IMG/VR virus record: IMGVR_UViG_2645727757_000001
Coordinates: 121,365 to 185,364 of that record
Origin: a virus
Lineage: Duplodnaviria > Caudoviricetes
Direction: 5' to 3' (one strand)
DNA length: 64,000 nucleotides
Position numbers and translations under genes: made by a program. Positions 48,840-60,000 of the stretch are shown here, in pieces; the first letter of the stretch is position 1, and each line of letters begins with the position of its first letter. The notes under the pieces were generated by a model. It made no database searches. It was not told the DNA's origin and was given only the letters and a program-made list of their open reading frames with translations.

Positions 48840-51078
48840 GTTATCAATTTTAAACATGAGAAAAAGGAGAATAGGTATGAAGATAGATATTGAAGAAATT
48901 AATGAAATTATTAATAAAGAAATTGAATTTGCTAAACAAGTAAATCCAGTAATGGCTTTAGGTATGGAACAAATAAGAAGAGTTTTAAATGAATATAATT
49001 ATGAATTAGATAAAAAAGCAGACAAGTAATTTTAATTTACAATAGTAATATTAAACAAAGAAAGGTGATAAGTAAATGTATTACAGAGCTGAAATATATA
49101 ATGGTTCTATAGTTAGAAATAGTTTTATTGCAGGAAGTATAGAAGTTTTGAAAGATAAGTCAGAACCTTATGTAAAAGATGATAAAGTTACACAAATTAA
49201 AGTATCTAAAGTTGAAGATATTGGATTTTTTAAAGTCCCTTCTGAATTTGAAGAATATTTGAAAGATGAATTATTATAATAGAAATTCTAATAAAATATA
49301 TAATACAAGAAAGGCGTAAATAAAATGAAAGTTAATAATATCGACTTATATAAAAAAATGTTATTCACTCCAAGACTAAATCTAAAATGTGATGGAGTTA
49401 AAATAAGACTAGCTTATGTTACTAATGATACAGGTAATGGATGGCTAATTGAAAATCTCGAAAATGATGGAGAAACTAAGTGGCACAAAGGTATAAAAAC
49501 TAAAGAGATTGTTGATACAATAACTGGAAGATATAAAGATATTAACATAACATGGAGTAGAAAGTTATAACTTTAAACATAATGAAAGGGTAAAAACAAA
49601 AATGAAAAGATGGTATTTATATAGGGAGTGGAATAATTTAATATTTAAAAAAATAGATTTTGTTGATTTTTATACCAATGAGAAAGTAGCTAAGAAAGAG
49701 TATGAAAACTATAAAAAATATGGTTGCGATGAATTTAGTTATATTTTAAAAGAAATTAATTATTAGATTTATAATATTAGAATTAAGTAAAATAAGGAGT
49801 AAGAATGGTAGATAAATTAGTTATAAAAAAAGATAAAAAAGATATATTAAATGGAGTTCAAGCATTAATAAATAGATGGAATTACATCAACTATGTTTTA
49901 AACGAGAAATCAGCTTATACAGAAGAGGAAACAAAAGAAAGACTTAGATATATTCAAGAGAAAAGGCTTATAGAAATTATATTCAAAGAAATGAATATAC
50001 GAAGTTCTGAAATAAAATCAGAATTTGTTAGGATTGAAATAAATTAGGTTAACAATACCAAGATTAAGTAAAAGAGGTGAAATAAATGAAAGATCAATGT
50101 ATGCAATGTGAAAATACAATTAAAGATAAAGAAAGGGATGTTGTTTTATCTTGTAAACTATCTGCCGCATTAAATAACCCATCCTTGATTGTACTTGGTA
50201 TAAAAGGTTGCTGTCCGTATCATAAGTATCCTGAATATTATGGATTTAAATAGTTAGTAATACTAATGTTAGGCGGAGGAGAAAGTAAATGAAAAGAATG
50301 TTTTTAGTTGAAATTAATTATGAAGAATTAGATGAAAATATAGATAATAAAACAGAGGTATTACAAGAAACAGCTATTGAAATAGCTTTAGAAGATTTAA
50401 TTAGTGGATATGTTGATACTAATTCTATAAAAGGAAACTATTATTCTATAGACGTTAGAGAATTAAATTAAGAGAGGTTACATTCATATGAATAAAAAAG
50501 GTTGTACTGGATGTGCAAGACTTCTTGTTGTAATAAACATAGGAACAGACGGTCAAAAATTCTGTACAGAAAAAGAGGGAGTTTTGTATTTAGTAGATAA
50601 TGAGTTTTATTTAAAAGGTTGCGATGAATATTGTGACAAATTTACCTTAAATGGTGTTGACTGGAAATAGAATACAGTAAATAATTATAAGAGAATATTA
50701 GATAAGGATATTAAAATGGATAGAAAAACAGTGTTGTTAATGGCTTGTAGAGATTTATTAAAAAAGCAAATTAATTCTATATATATACTAGATTTATTAA
50801 GTGAAACAGTATTTTACGATGGAGCGGATTGTGATGGATATTGTTTACTTGAAGATATTGAAGCAGAGCTGGATATTCAAGAAGATTAATTTATGATAAC
50901 AAAAACTTAGGAGGTACAGATAAAATGGATTTAGAATTATTTACAGTTTATTTTAAAGAAGATGGAAAAATAAATATAGTAATTAATGAAAATGTTATTA
51001 GTGCATATGGAATGACTTTAGAAGAATTTGAAAAAAAGATTAAATTAGATAATTTATACAAAGGCATAAGAGATTTTT

Positions 51079-51462
51079 GTGAGCCTTTATGGGGAGCATC
51101 AAATGAATAACGTAAGAAGTTTTGATGAATTAAAAAAAGACATAATAAAAGCAATTAATGAGCCTTTAGAATATGGCACTTTTATGGATGATAGTTTTGA
51201 TGTTTGGCTTAAAGAAGAACATGAAAAAGTTTTAAATGAAGAACTTGAAATGCAAGAAAAGGCTAATAATACAAGATATAAAATTAACGATAATGAAAGT
51301 TTAATTATTGCGATAATGAGTACATTACTTTTAAATAAAAGTACAAATAATAGTATTAAAGCTTTTATTGATGATTCAAATGATGATACGTTGCTTGATA
51401 ATGAAATAATTATAGAAACTATTGATAATAAAAGATTTAAAATTAAAGTTGACGAATGCTAA
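51079..51462 (+). CDS. Hypothetical protein
   Basis: ORF in cluster. Confidence 0.55.
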   Translation: MSLYGEHQMNNVRSFDELKKDIIKAINEPLEYGTFMDDSFDVWLKEEHEKVLNEELEMQEKANNTRYKINDNESLIIAIMSTLLLNKSTNNSIKAFIDDSNDDTLLDNEIIIETIDNKRFKIKVDEC

Positions 51463-51749
51463 TACACTTTATATAGATAGGAGAGGTAATATGAAGATAG
51501 AACCAATTTTTACATTACAAATTGAAGATGATTGGTATATTAATGCTGAAACTGGAGTTAATATAACAACAGAAAGGTGCGTTGATAGTTATGTAACAAA
51601 AACCTTTAATGGTTTATTTAAAAGTTGCAATGAAGACGGTATCTTTTTAGAAATTGGAGAAGATGAAAGTCATATTATTTTCATAAACTTTGATGAAATT
51701 ATATGTATAGAAGAGGTATAGATTTTAATACCAAGATTGGGGGAAATAA

Positions 51750-51926
51750 ATGTTATCTGGTGCACTAACTGGATTAATAGTTGCATGGATATTATCTTTA
51801 TTTGGATTCGATGTTATGACCATAGATGCAGCTAAAGAATTTGGGTATAGTATAACAATTAATACTTATTACGTTATATTTATAGTTATTGGAGCTATAG
51901 GTGGAGCATTAAAAGGAGATGATTAA
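51750..51926 (+). CDS. Small two-TM membrane protein (58 aa)
   Basis: MLSGALTGLIVAWILSLFGFD...YYVIFIVIGAIGGAL; RBS GGGGG. Confidence 0.6.
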   Translation: MLSGALTGLIVAWILSLFGFDVMTIDAAKEFGYSITINTYYVIFIVIGAIGGALKGDD

Positions 51927-53279
51927 TCTCTACACAACATAATATAAGGAGGGAAATATTTTTGAAGTTCAAAGAAAGTGATATGAAAAAATATTCATTA
52001 ATAAAAAGCGAAGAAAAAAAGCCTTGTATGATATGTGAAAAAGAAACCATATTTATAGATTACTGTTGTGAAGGAAGATTATGTTCAAGTGAATGTTCTG
52101 AAAAATTTTATAATATGGTTGCAGAGCAAGAATAAAGGAAGGAAAACAAAAATGTATGTGAAAATAGTAAAATGTGATGGGAATGAATGGTATAGAAAAT
52201 GTATAGGAAAAAAGTTTAAAGTACATTCAGAAAGCAGAAAAGGTGGACGAGATAAATATATAGTTAAACTTGAAAAACAAGATAGATGGCTAATGAATGG
52301 TTATATGTATGCTTGGGTAGACAAGAAACATTGCATTTTACTTAAAGCCTTAGAAAACAAAGGAACGCAAATCATTTTTGATGAATTTGCGTTTTAATAA
52401 TTATTAGGGGGGAACTTATGATAATTAAAGGTTCAAATTTAAACTTTAGAAAACAATGTTCATCATGCGTAAACCATAAAAAAGAATATGATAAAAAACC
52501 ATGTTCTGAATGTATAAAAATAATTGGAGATTCATTTATATTTTTTAATTTTAAATCTAATTAAGGAGATAAGATAATTTATGATAAAGCATATATGTGA
52601 TTGTGGGAATGACAATGTAGATATAATGTCAGTTGTTGAAACAGTAAGTGAGGTAAATGGTTGCCAAATATCTGGTGTAGAAATAACATATGTATGTAGT
52701 AGCTGCGGAGCTACTGATAAAGATCACCGTTACTTATACCAACTGGATAAAGTAAGTTTAAAAATATAAAAAAATAATAGAAAAAAAAGGAAAATAGATA
52801 TTTACGGTGAATATAAATATTTATGGTGATTTTATTAACAAAGAAGGTGAAATTTATGAAGTACGCTAAATTTGCGTCACATTGTCCATTTGAATTACAT
52901 GATAATGTGAAAATGATAATAGACAAGAAAAATAATATACTATCAGATGATATATATAAAATAGTTGATATTTTAGCAGTACATTCTGTTAGATATGGTA
53001 CTGTTACTTTTAAGATAGCTATTATAGATTCAAACGGTGTTGAGTTACCTTTAATGAATGTTAGTGATTTAAAACTAATAAAATAAATTATAAGAGAGGG
53101 AGATTATGAAGACGGAGTATGAAATAAATTATAGTAAATTCGTAAACGAAAAATACAATGATGTATGGAGATGGATTAAAATAAAAGCCAAAGATGAAGA
53201 AGCAGCTATAAAAAAGCTAAGAGAAATACGAAATGTAAATTATATATTAAGTTGTACTCCAGTTAAAAATGATTAAATT

Positions 53280-53600
53280 ATGGATAACATTCAAAGAAGA
53301 AAAAACAAAGAAGAGATTTTAACTTATTTATTATTACTAGATGGCAATGAAACTTCATTAATAAGTTATGAAACTTATGAAAAATTTAAAGTTATACTTA
53401 TAGAAGTTGCTAAAATTACGCAAAATATAAGATATTGTAGTAATCCAAATTGCGTATGCCATCCAGAAAGTAAAATTAAAAAAATCTTACTTGATGAAAA
53501 AATAAGAAAATTTTTAAATGAAAATAGGATATTAGAAGATATAGAGGAAATGGTTAATAACTATACTCCCCAAGTATCATTAAAAGTATATTTCAAATAA
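53280..53600 (+). CDS. Hypothetical protein
   Basis: ORF; YCSNPNCVCHPE. Confidence 0.55.
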   Translation: MDNIQRRKNKEEILTYLLLLDGNETSLISYETYEKFKVILIEVAKITQNIRYCSNPNCVCHPESKIKKILLDEKIRKFLNENRILEDIEEMVNNYTPQVSLKVYFK

Positions 53601-53812
53601 ATAGGGGGCTGTTTTTTGGTTAAATTAAGTGATCTTGACAAAAGGATATGTGATTGTGTTGATGGAGCTGAAAATACTGAAACATTTAGAGAATTTATAA
53701 AATCATCAGAAGAGTATTTTTGTTTAACTCCATATGAACCAGCACTAAAAGATGAATATGAATTAAATAATTATATTAATTTTTTAGATTATTTATGGAC
53801 TAAGTAATTAAT

Positions 53813-53852
53813 AAAAATAGGTAGTGATAATATATTATTGCTACCTATTTTT
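53813..53852. terminator. Bidirectional-type terminator
   Basis: aaaaataggtagtgataa...ttattgctacctattttt. Confidence 0.65.
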
Positions 53853-53932
53853 ATACAATAATATACAAAAATATAGAAAAAATACCCATATGTGATATAA
53901 TGAAATTGCATTAAAATATAAAAGGGTAGGTA

Positions 53933-54541
53933 GTGACAATGGAAAACAAAATAAAAAATAAAGAACTTATAGATGAAAGTATAGATAAATTTATAAATGA
54001 TACAAGATGCACATATGAAAGAGAAGGTATAATATTAGAAAATGGAATAGTAGTATACGCATCTCCAAGTCATACAGAAAAGTTAATAAGGATTTCTGAA
54101 ATAGATCAAGATATTGTATATTATGAGCTTATGCCTATGTTTGCATCACCTATTATGTGGTTAACGTACTTTGTTAATTGTTTACCTATATGGAATAATG
54201 GGTATGGTATGACAGATAAAGCAACAGATGAACAAAAATACACTTTAAATGTTTTATTTGAGAAAAAAGCCATTAAAAATAATGTATTTTTTCATGCAAC
54301 AAAAGAAAACTGCAAAGTATTACAAAACACAGAAAGAGAATGTGATGTAAAGAAATTAAATAAAGAAATATGTAAATGTAAAATATGTGGATGGGAGTTC
54401 CCATATATATGCAGGAGAACTTCTATTTTTTCTATAGAAGAAAAAACAATCAGATATTGTCCTTCTTGCGGAGCTAAAATAAAAAATATAAAGCAAGAAA
54501 AGAGAATTGAAGAATTTTATAGATTGGATGATGAAGAATGA
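53933..54541 (+). CDS. Hypothetical protein with C-terminal zinc ribbon
   Basis: YASPSHTEKLI; CKICG...YCPSCGAK. Confidence 0.65.
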   Translation: MTMENKIKNKELIDESIDKFINDTRCTYEREGIILENGIVVYASPSHTEKLIRISEIDQDIVYYELMPMFASPIMWLTYFVNCLPIWNNGYGMTDKATDEQKYTLNVLFEKKAIKNNVFFHATKENCKVLQNTERECDVKKLNKEICKCKICGWEFPYICRRTSIFSIEEKTIRYCPSCGAKIKNIKQEKRIEEFYRLDDEE

Positions 54542-54753
54542 GAAAAATTTCTACTGGAGAGGATAGCACATTAGGTACTTATAGAGAAATAGCTTTTTTT
54601 CTTGGTGGATTTGAAGAAAATGAAGCCACAAGATTTATAGATCAAAAGATAGCTGAATCTCCTAATGGTGAAAATGAAGAAGTTATTGCAGATGAAAGAC
54701 AAGTAATGTATTTAATATTAAGATTAATAAACAAAGAAATTAATAATAAATAA
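54538..54753 (+). CDS. Phage hypothetical protein
   Basis: STGEDSTLGTY...EEVIADERQ. Confidence 0.65.
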   Translation: MRKISTGEDSTLGTYREIAFFLGGFEENEATRFIDQKIAESPNGENEEVIADERQVMYLILRLINKEINNK

Positions 54754-55373
54754 ATATATTTTAGAGGGGTAATTATGGTTACAATTAAAGAAATTAAAAA
54801 GGTTAATAAAGAAGAACGAACTAAAAAATATGTAGTGAGATATGAAGATGGTACTGTAGAAGAAATGGATAGCTGTATGATTTTAGAAATGACTAATGTT
54901 GGTGGTCAATCAGCAATTGAACTTAGAACCTTAAATTTTGGATACAATGACATAGAATATGTAGTAAAAGATTTAGTATATTCAATGCTAGAAAATGATT
55001 CAATGGAGGAACATGAGAATGAGTAAAGAAAAATATTATACTCTTAGTGATTCTAAACCTATAAAAGAAATAGTTGCAATAAATAATGATGGTACAGAAG
55101 AAAAGATTGGCAAGTGTATGGTTGTTCACAAGTACAAGGAAGACAATGAAGATTATCTAACTATATTTTATAATTGTGATAATGTAAATGAAGTGAGTAC
55201 TATAGATTCAGTATTATTCCAATTTGCTGAAAGAAGTGGTATATTGCATAAAGTTCTAGATGAAGTAATTAAATAATTAAAAGGTTAGTATAAATAATGA
55301 TATTATTTTTTTTAATATTGTTTTGGGTTGTAATATTTTATTATTTGTTTTATAAAGAAGAATAGATAATATT

Positions 55374-55413
55374 TAAAGACGTATCTCTACTATAGTAGAG
55401 ATATGTCTTTTTT
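55374..55413 (+). terminator. Intrinsic terminator closing the accessory cluster
   Basis: aaagacgtatctctact/agtagagatatgtcttt plus T run. Confidence 0.65.
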
Positions 55414-55509
55414 ATTTAAAATTAATTACAAAAGTTATCCATTATTGTATAATTTATACATAAGATTATTTATAAAAAATCTTAAATATAATTAAAAAGG
55501 AATGATTTT

Positions 55510-55749
55510 GTGTATCAAAATATCACAAGTACAAATAACTTATATTCTAAAAAAGAATCATGTGAAAATTGTAAGAATAAAATAATATGCAAATATGTAA
55601 AAGAAAAGAGTGAAATAGATAAAAGCATTTCAGATCTTAGAGAAAAAATAACTACTCATATATTTAGTATAAATATTAGATGTTCTTCGTATGTAGAAGA
55701 GCAAAATACTTTTAATTTAAATAATAATTTTAATATAGGTACGAGGTGA
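55510..55749 (+). CDS. Small Cys-containing hypothetical protein
   Basis: CENCKNKIIC...RC. Confidence 0.5.
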   Translation: MYQNITSTNNLYSKKESCENCKNKIICKYVKEKSEIDKSISDLREKITTHIFSINIRCSSYVEEQNTFNLNNNFNIGTR

Positions 55750-55753
55750 GAAA

Positions 55754-56329
55754 ATGGATAAAAATTATGAATTAGATATGTTGGCAAGACAAGCACAGGA
55801 AAGATTAGCTCAACAAAATCAAGCAAATAACCTAGGTGATGTATATACTAGCGAAGAAGACTATTATAATGATTTTTTCGAGGAAGAAGATAATATTAAT
55901 AATGATTATGACACTAGATATGGTGCTGAAACTACAGTTAATCAAGCATCAAACTACAATCCTAATAATAATGTTGAGTATGATATTGATAATACTGGAG
56001 AGGAGCTTTGGAAGAATGGTCCTACAAAATCTATGATTCAGTTATGGAAAAAACAATTTGAAGGACATGATATTTGTTACGTTAATGTGGCTGATTATAA
56101 TTTTATAATTAGAACATTAAATAGACATGAATATAAAAGTATAGTTGCTATTCCTAATTCAAATGCTTTAAATAGAGAAGAAATTATATGTGAAACAGTT
56201 GTATTATTCCCGCAAGAATTTTCATGGAAACAAATGGCGGTACAGAAAGCTGGAGTACCATCAGCACTTGCAGAAGTAATAATGAAAAAATCTGGATTCA
56301 CTAATGAATATATGATAGAGGTTTTATAA
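55754..56329 (+). CDS. Probable tail assembly chaperone 1
   Basis: FIIRTLNRHEY...ICETVVLFP...AGVPSALAEVIMKKSGF; upstream of the giant tail gene. Confidence 0.55.
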   Translation: MDKNYELDMLARQAQERLAQQNQANNLGDVYTSEEDYYNDFFEEEDNINNDYDTRYGAETTVNQASNYNPNNNVEYDIDNTGEELWKNGPTKSMIQLWKKQFEGHDICYVNVADYNFIIRTLNRHEYKSIVAIPNSNALNREEIICETVVLFPQEFSWKQMAVQKAGVPSALAEVIMKKSGFTNEYMIEVL

Positions 56330-57049
56330 ATGCTTACCAATTTACAACTTGCGGTAATTAAAGAATATGCTAAAGGCGAAGATATAATCTATTTAAATAT
56401 TCAAGACAGGGAATTTGTTTTTAGAACTTTAGGAGTAGGAGAATACTTAAATATAAAAAAATGTATAAATACTGAAAAAGATTTTGAAGATGCAGTATGT
56501 CAAGCTACTTTATTATATCCTGAAGATCAAAATATAGTATTTGGTTTATATCCGTTAGCTGGAATATCTTCGATAGCTTGTGAGGAAATAATAAAACATT
56601 CTGGTTTGGATGGAATGGATAATATAAGAGAAAGAATTATCCGTAGAAAAGAGGAAATGAATATTTTCCATAACCAATGTATGAATTTAATTAAAGCTGC
56701 TTTTCCAGAATTGTCATATGAAGAAATTGAACAATATTCTTGGTGTAAATTAGTTGATGTTGCAGTAAGAGCTGAAAGTGTTATGGCAATAAGGGGTAGT
56801 ACCTATAGACTTGCAGATATGAGTAAAGTAAATGATGATGATGTAGAAACTACTGAAATGCAAGAAAACGTTGAAGAAATTAAAGAGAAAACTACTAGAG
56901 ATTATTTAGAAGAAGGCATCGAACCAATGCTATATTATTCAGAAGAATTACTATCAGAAAACGGAAAAGAAATATTGGATAATCCGTTTATCGGTGGTAT
57001 TAGGTGGAACGAGGAAGTGGTAATAAATGAAATCTCAAAACAATTCTGA
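56330..57049 (+). CDS. Probable tail assembly chaperone 2 (paralogue)
   Basis: FVFRTLGVGEY...VCQATLLYP...AGISSIACEEIIKHSG. Confidence 0.55.
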   Translation: MLTNLQLAVIKEYAKGEDIIYLNIQDREFVFRTLGVGEYLNIKKCINTEKDFEDAVCQATLLYPEDQNIVFGLYPLAGISSIACEEIIKHSGLDGMDNIRERIIRRKEEMNIFHNQCMNLIKAAFPELSYEEIEQYSWCKLVDVAVRAESVMAIRGSTYRLADMSKVNDDDVETTEMQENVEEIKEKTTRDYLEEGIEPMLYYSEELLSENGKEILDNPFIGGIRWNEEVVINEISKQF

Positions 57050-60000
57050 ATTTGATTTAACTAGAAAACAAAGAAAAGAAGGATATACAACTGAAAAGGA
57101 AAATTTAGAAGAAAGTCCACTTAAAAAAGCTATAATTGCAGCTATGATTGGTGTTGGTGGTATAGGAGCTTATAAAAGTGGTATGCTTAAAAAACCAATA
57201 AGTAAATTAATTGAATTTGCGGGAGATTATCAAAGTTTATCTCCTGCTGTTGGTACTGCTTTTAAATCTTGGGCTAATGAAACAGATAAATTTCAAAATT
57301 CAGTTTTAAGAAAAAAGTTTAGGCATACCATTTCAGATGCTTTCACAGAAAAAGCACCATTTGGAAAATATGTAGAATCTGTATTTGAAGATACTAAAAA
57401 AGACGTGAAATATTTAAAGAAAACTACAAAAAAGTATGTTGAGAAAAGAATGAAGAAAAATATGAGAGGTGAGTTTTCTTCATTAACCAATACAGAGTTA
57501 TCATATAATATAAACAAAATGGATGAAATAGCTGAAAGATTCGATAATAGAAGTGCAAGAAAAGCTAAAGATATAATGACTAGGGATTTTCTTAAAAATT
57601 TTACTGTATCAGCAGAAGATTCAGCAAAAAAGATGAAAAGAACTGGCTATAGAACAGCAACTATAGATGATATGTTTGAAGTTGGAAGAGCTGACAATGG
57701 TAAGCTATATTTAATAAATAAACATGATAATTTTATGTTTGATATAGATACAAGAAAAAAATTAGCTATATTTTTAAATGAAACAAAAGCTGTAGATAGT
57801 AATGGTAAACATATATTAAATAAAAAGAATATTCCTAAATCAATTTTTGAAACTGGTGATTATAAAAACATAATGATGGATAAAAACCTAGTTATAAATG
57901 AGTTTGGTGAAGTAGCTGATATGAGGCAAAATATCAAGGACATAAATTCTTTTTTAAGAGATGCAGCTAATGAATTTAAAATACCTTTTGTTGGGATAAA
58001 TCCACTAAAATTCTTTGGAGTTGGAAGAGCTGGAGTAAGAGAGCAAATGTTTGAAACATTACATCCTAATACTGTACAACCAGGTATTACTGGTGTTGCT
58101 GGTAGACACAAATTAAAGGATTTAAAAGAATTTGGTAATAAGAGATTATTATTTTCAAATGGAACAGCATATAAATTCAGCAGTGATCTACAGGACTTTG
58201 AAAAAGTAGCTGATGGATTAACTCTTAGAGAATATAATCATAAAAATAATATTGATAGTAAATTAAATGACTTTAGAAAGATGTCTGGAATAGAACTTAG
58301 AAAGTATGAAGAATATACAAGAGAAGATGGAGCATTTAAATATTACAAAGGTAAACTAAGTAAATTCTTAGACTTAGGAAGACAAGACACAAAGAGTAAT
58401 AAATATGAAGAATCACTTATAAATTCTATAAGTCCTAATAATATTATAGAAAAAGCATCTGATAAATTATTTTCTAAATTAAATTTTACTAAGCCAAAAG
58501 TAGAAAACATTGAAATATATTCAGCATTTGGTGATATAGATAATGGAGCTTATAACGAAAAATTATATGTAGCAATTAAAAAACATATAAAATGGAAAGA
58601 TGTTATGGACCCATTAAATAATACAACCATAAAAGAATATTTTTCACAATTCTTTAAAGGCAGAAAAGACGTATCTAATATAACAGAAAGCACATTAGCT
58701 ACATACCATCTTTTTGAGCGTATGAACCAAGCATTTAAACCATTTGGTATAGCACTAGGTTCTGATTCGATGGGAAGCACTAAAGATATTATATCTGGAT
58801 TACTACTAAAAAGATTATTGCCTGTTTATATGGTAGGACAAGGCATAGAGTATATGACATATTTAACAGAGAGAGATGACGGTGAAGGTGGAACTACCAA
58901 TATTAAAAAAGGAGTTGCAAATGTAGTTAAAGATATTGACCTTGGCGTAACTAAGGTTAAAGACGCAACTGGTATAACAAGTTTATTTAAAGGTTTAAAA
59001 GATTCAATGCCAGGTTATGAATCATTCTCTGAATTACCTTTAATTAAAAATCTTGGTCTTGACAGAACATATGAGGAACAAAAAGAATGGTACAATTCTG
59101 GAATGGAAGCTATAAGAAAGGGAAGATATTGGGACTTAGGGAATTGTGTTGTTCCTTGGCAAGAAATACAAACTGGATATGGTGAAATAACTCTTGCAAA
59201 CAATATAAATATAAATGATAATGTAATAACTCACGAAGGAATATTAAGAAAAGTTTTAGAGGTGGTAACAAGATACATGAAAACTAATGAAAAAGCATTA
59301 ACTATAGAAACACACACTACATTTTTAACTAACACAACAACTGACAACCATCCTTACTATGCTGTAAAGAAAAAAAGATGTCCTTCAAGCTCAAATGATG
59401 ATTGTAGACCAGACAGGAAGTCTAAAGAATGTGATAAATGTAGATATAAAGTATGTAATTTAAGATATGAATGGAATCCAGAATGGATTTATGCAAGGGA
59501 TTTAGAAAAAGGTGATTATTTAGCATATCCTAGAATTAAGATAAAAAACGAATATAAATATATAAATGGAAAATTAGCAGATTATGATTTAGGGTATTTA
59601 TTAGGAATATACCTAGCGGAAGGTAACATTCATACTTGGCATAAAAATGGTAATGTTTATGGAATAGAACTTGCATTGAATTCAAGTGAAACTGAAATAG
59701 CAAATAATATTAAAAATATATTAGATAAATATTTCCCAAATACAAATACAAATATATATGATTATAAAGATGGAACAAAAAGAATAAGAGTAAGGAATTT
59801 ATCAAATGAAGTTGCAGAATGGTTTAAAAATACTTTATATAATGATAATAAAGAAAAAATATTCGTTAGAGATATATATAAATATAATGAATCATTTATA
59901 AAAGCTGTAATTACTGGATTAATAGATGGAGATGGTCATTATCAATTTGCTAAAAATTCATTTTCACTACATTATACAAGCTCAAGGATAGAATATGTAA

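Larger units (their letters stand above)
47664..51737 (+). repeat. Dispersed 17-bp junction motif GTTCACAATACCAAGAW directly after stop codons
   Basis: Copies at 47664, 47872, 48332, 48539, 50048, 51721. Confidence 0.65.
44292..55365 (+). other. Accessory cluster of about 40 very small co-oriented ORFs inserted within the tail module
   Basis: Dense ORFs mostly of 40-230 aa, most with own RBS, many CxxC-rich; internal promoters (e.g. TTGAAA-17-TATAAA near 44717) and terminators. Confidence 0.75.
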
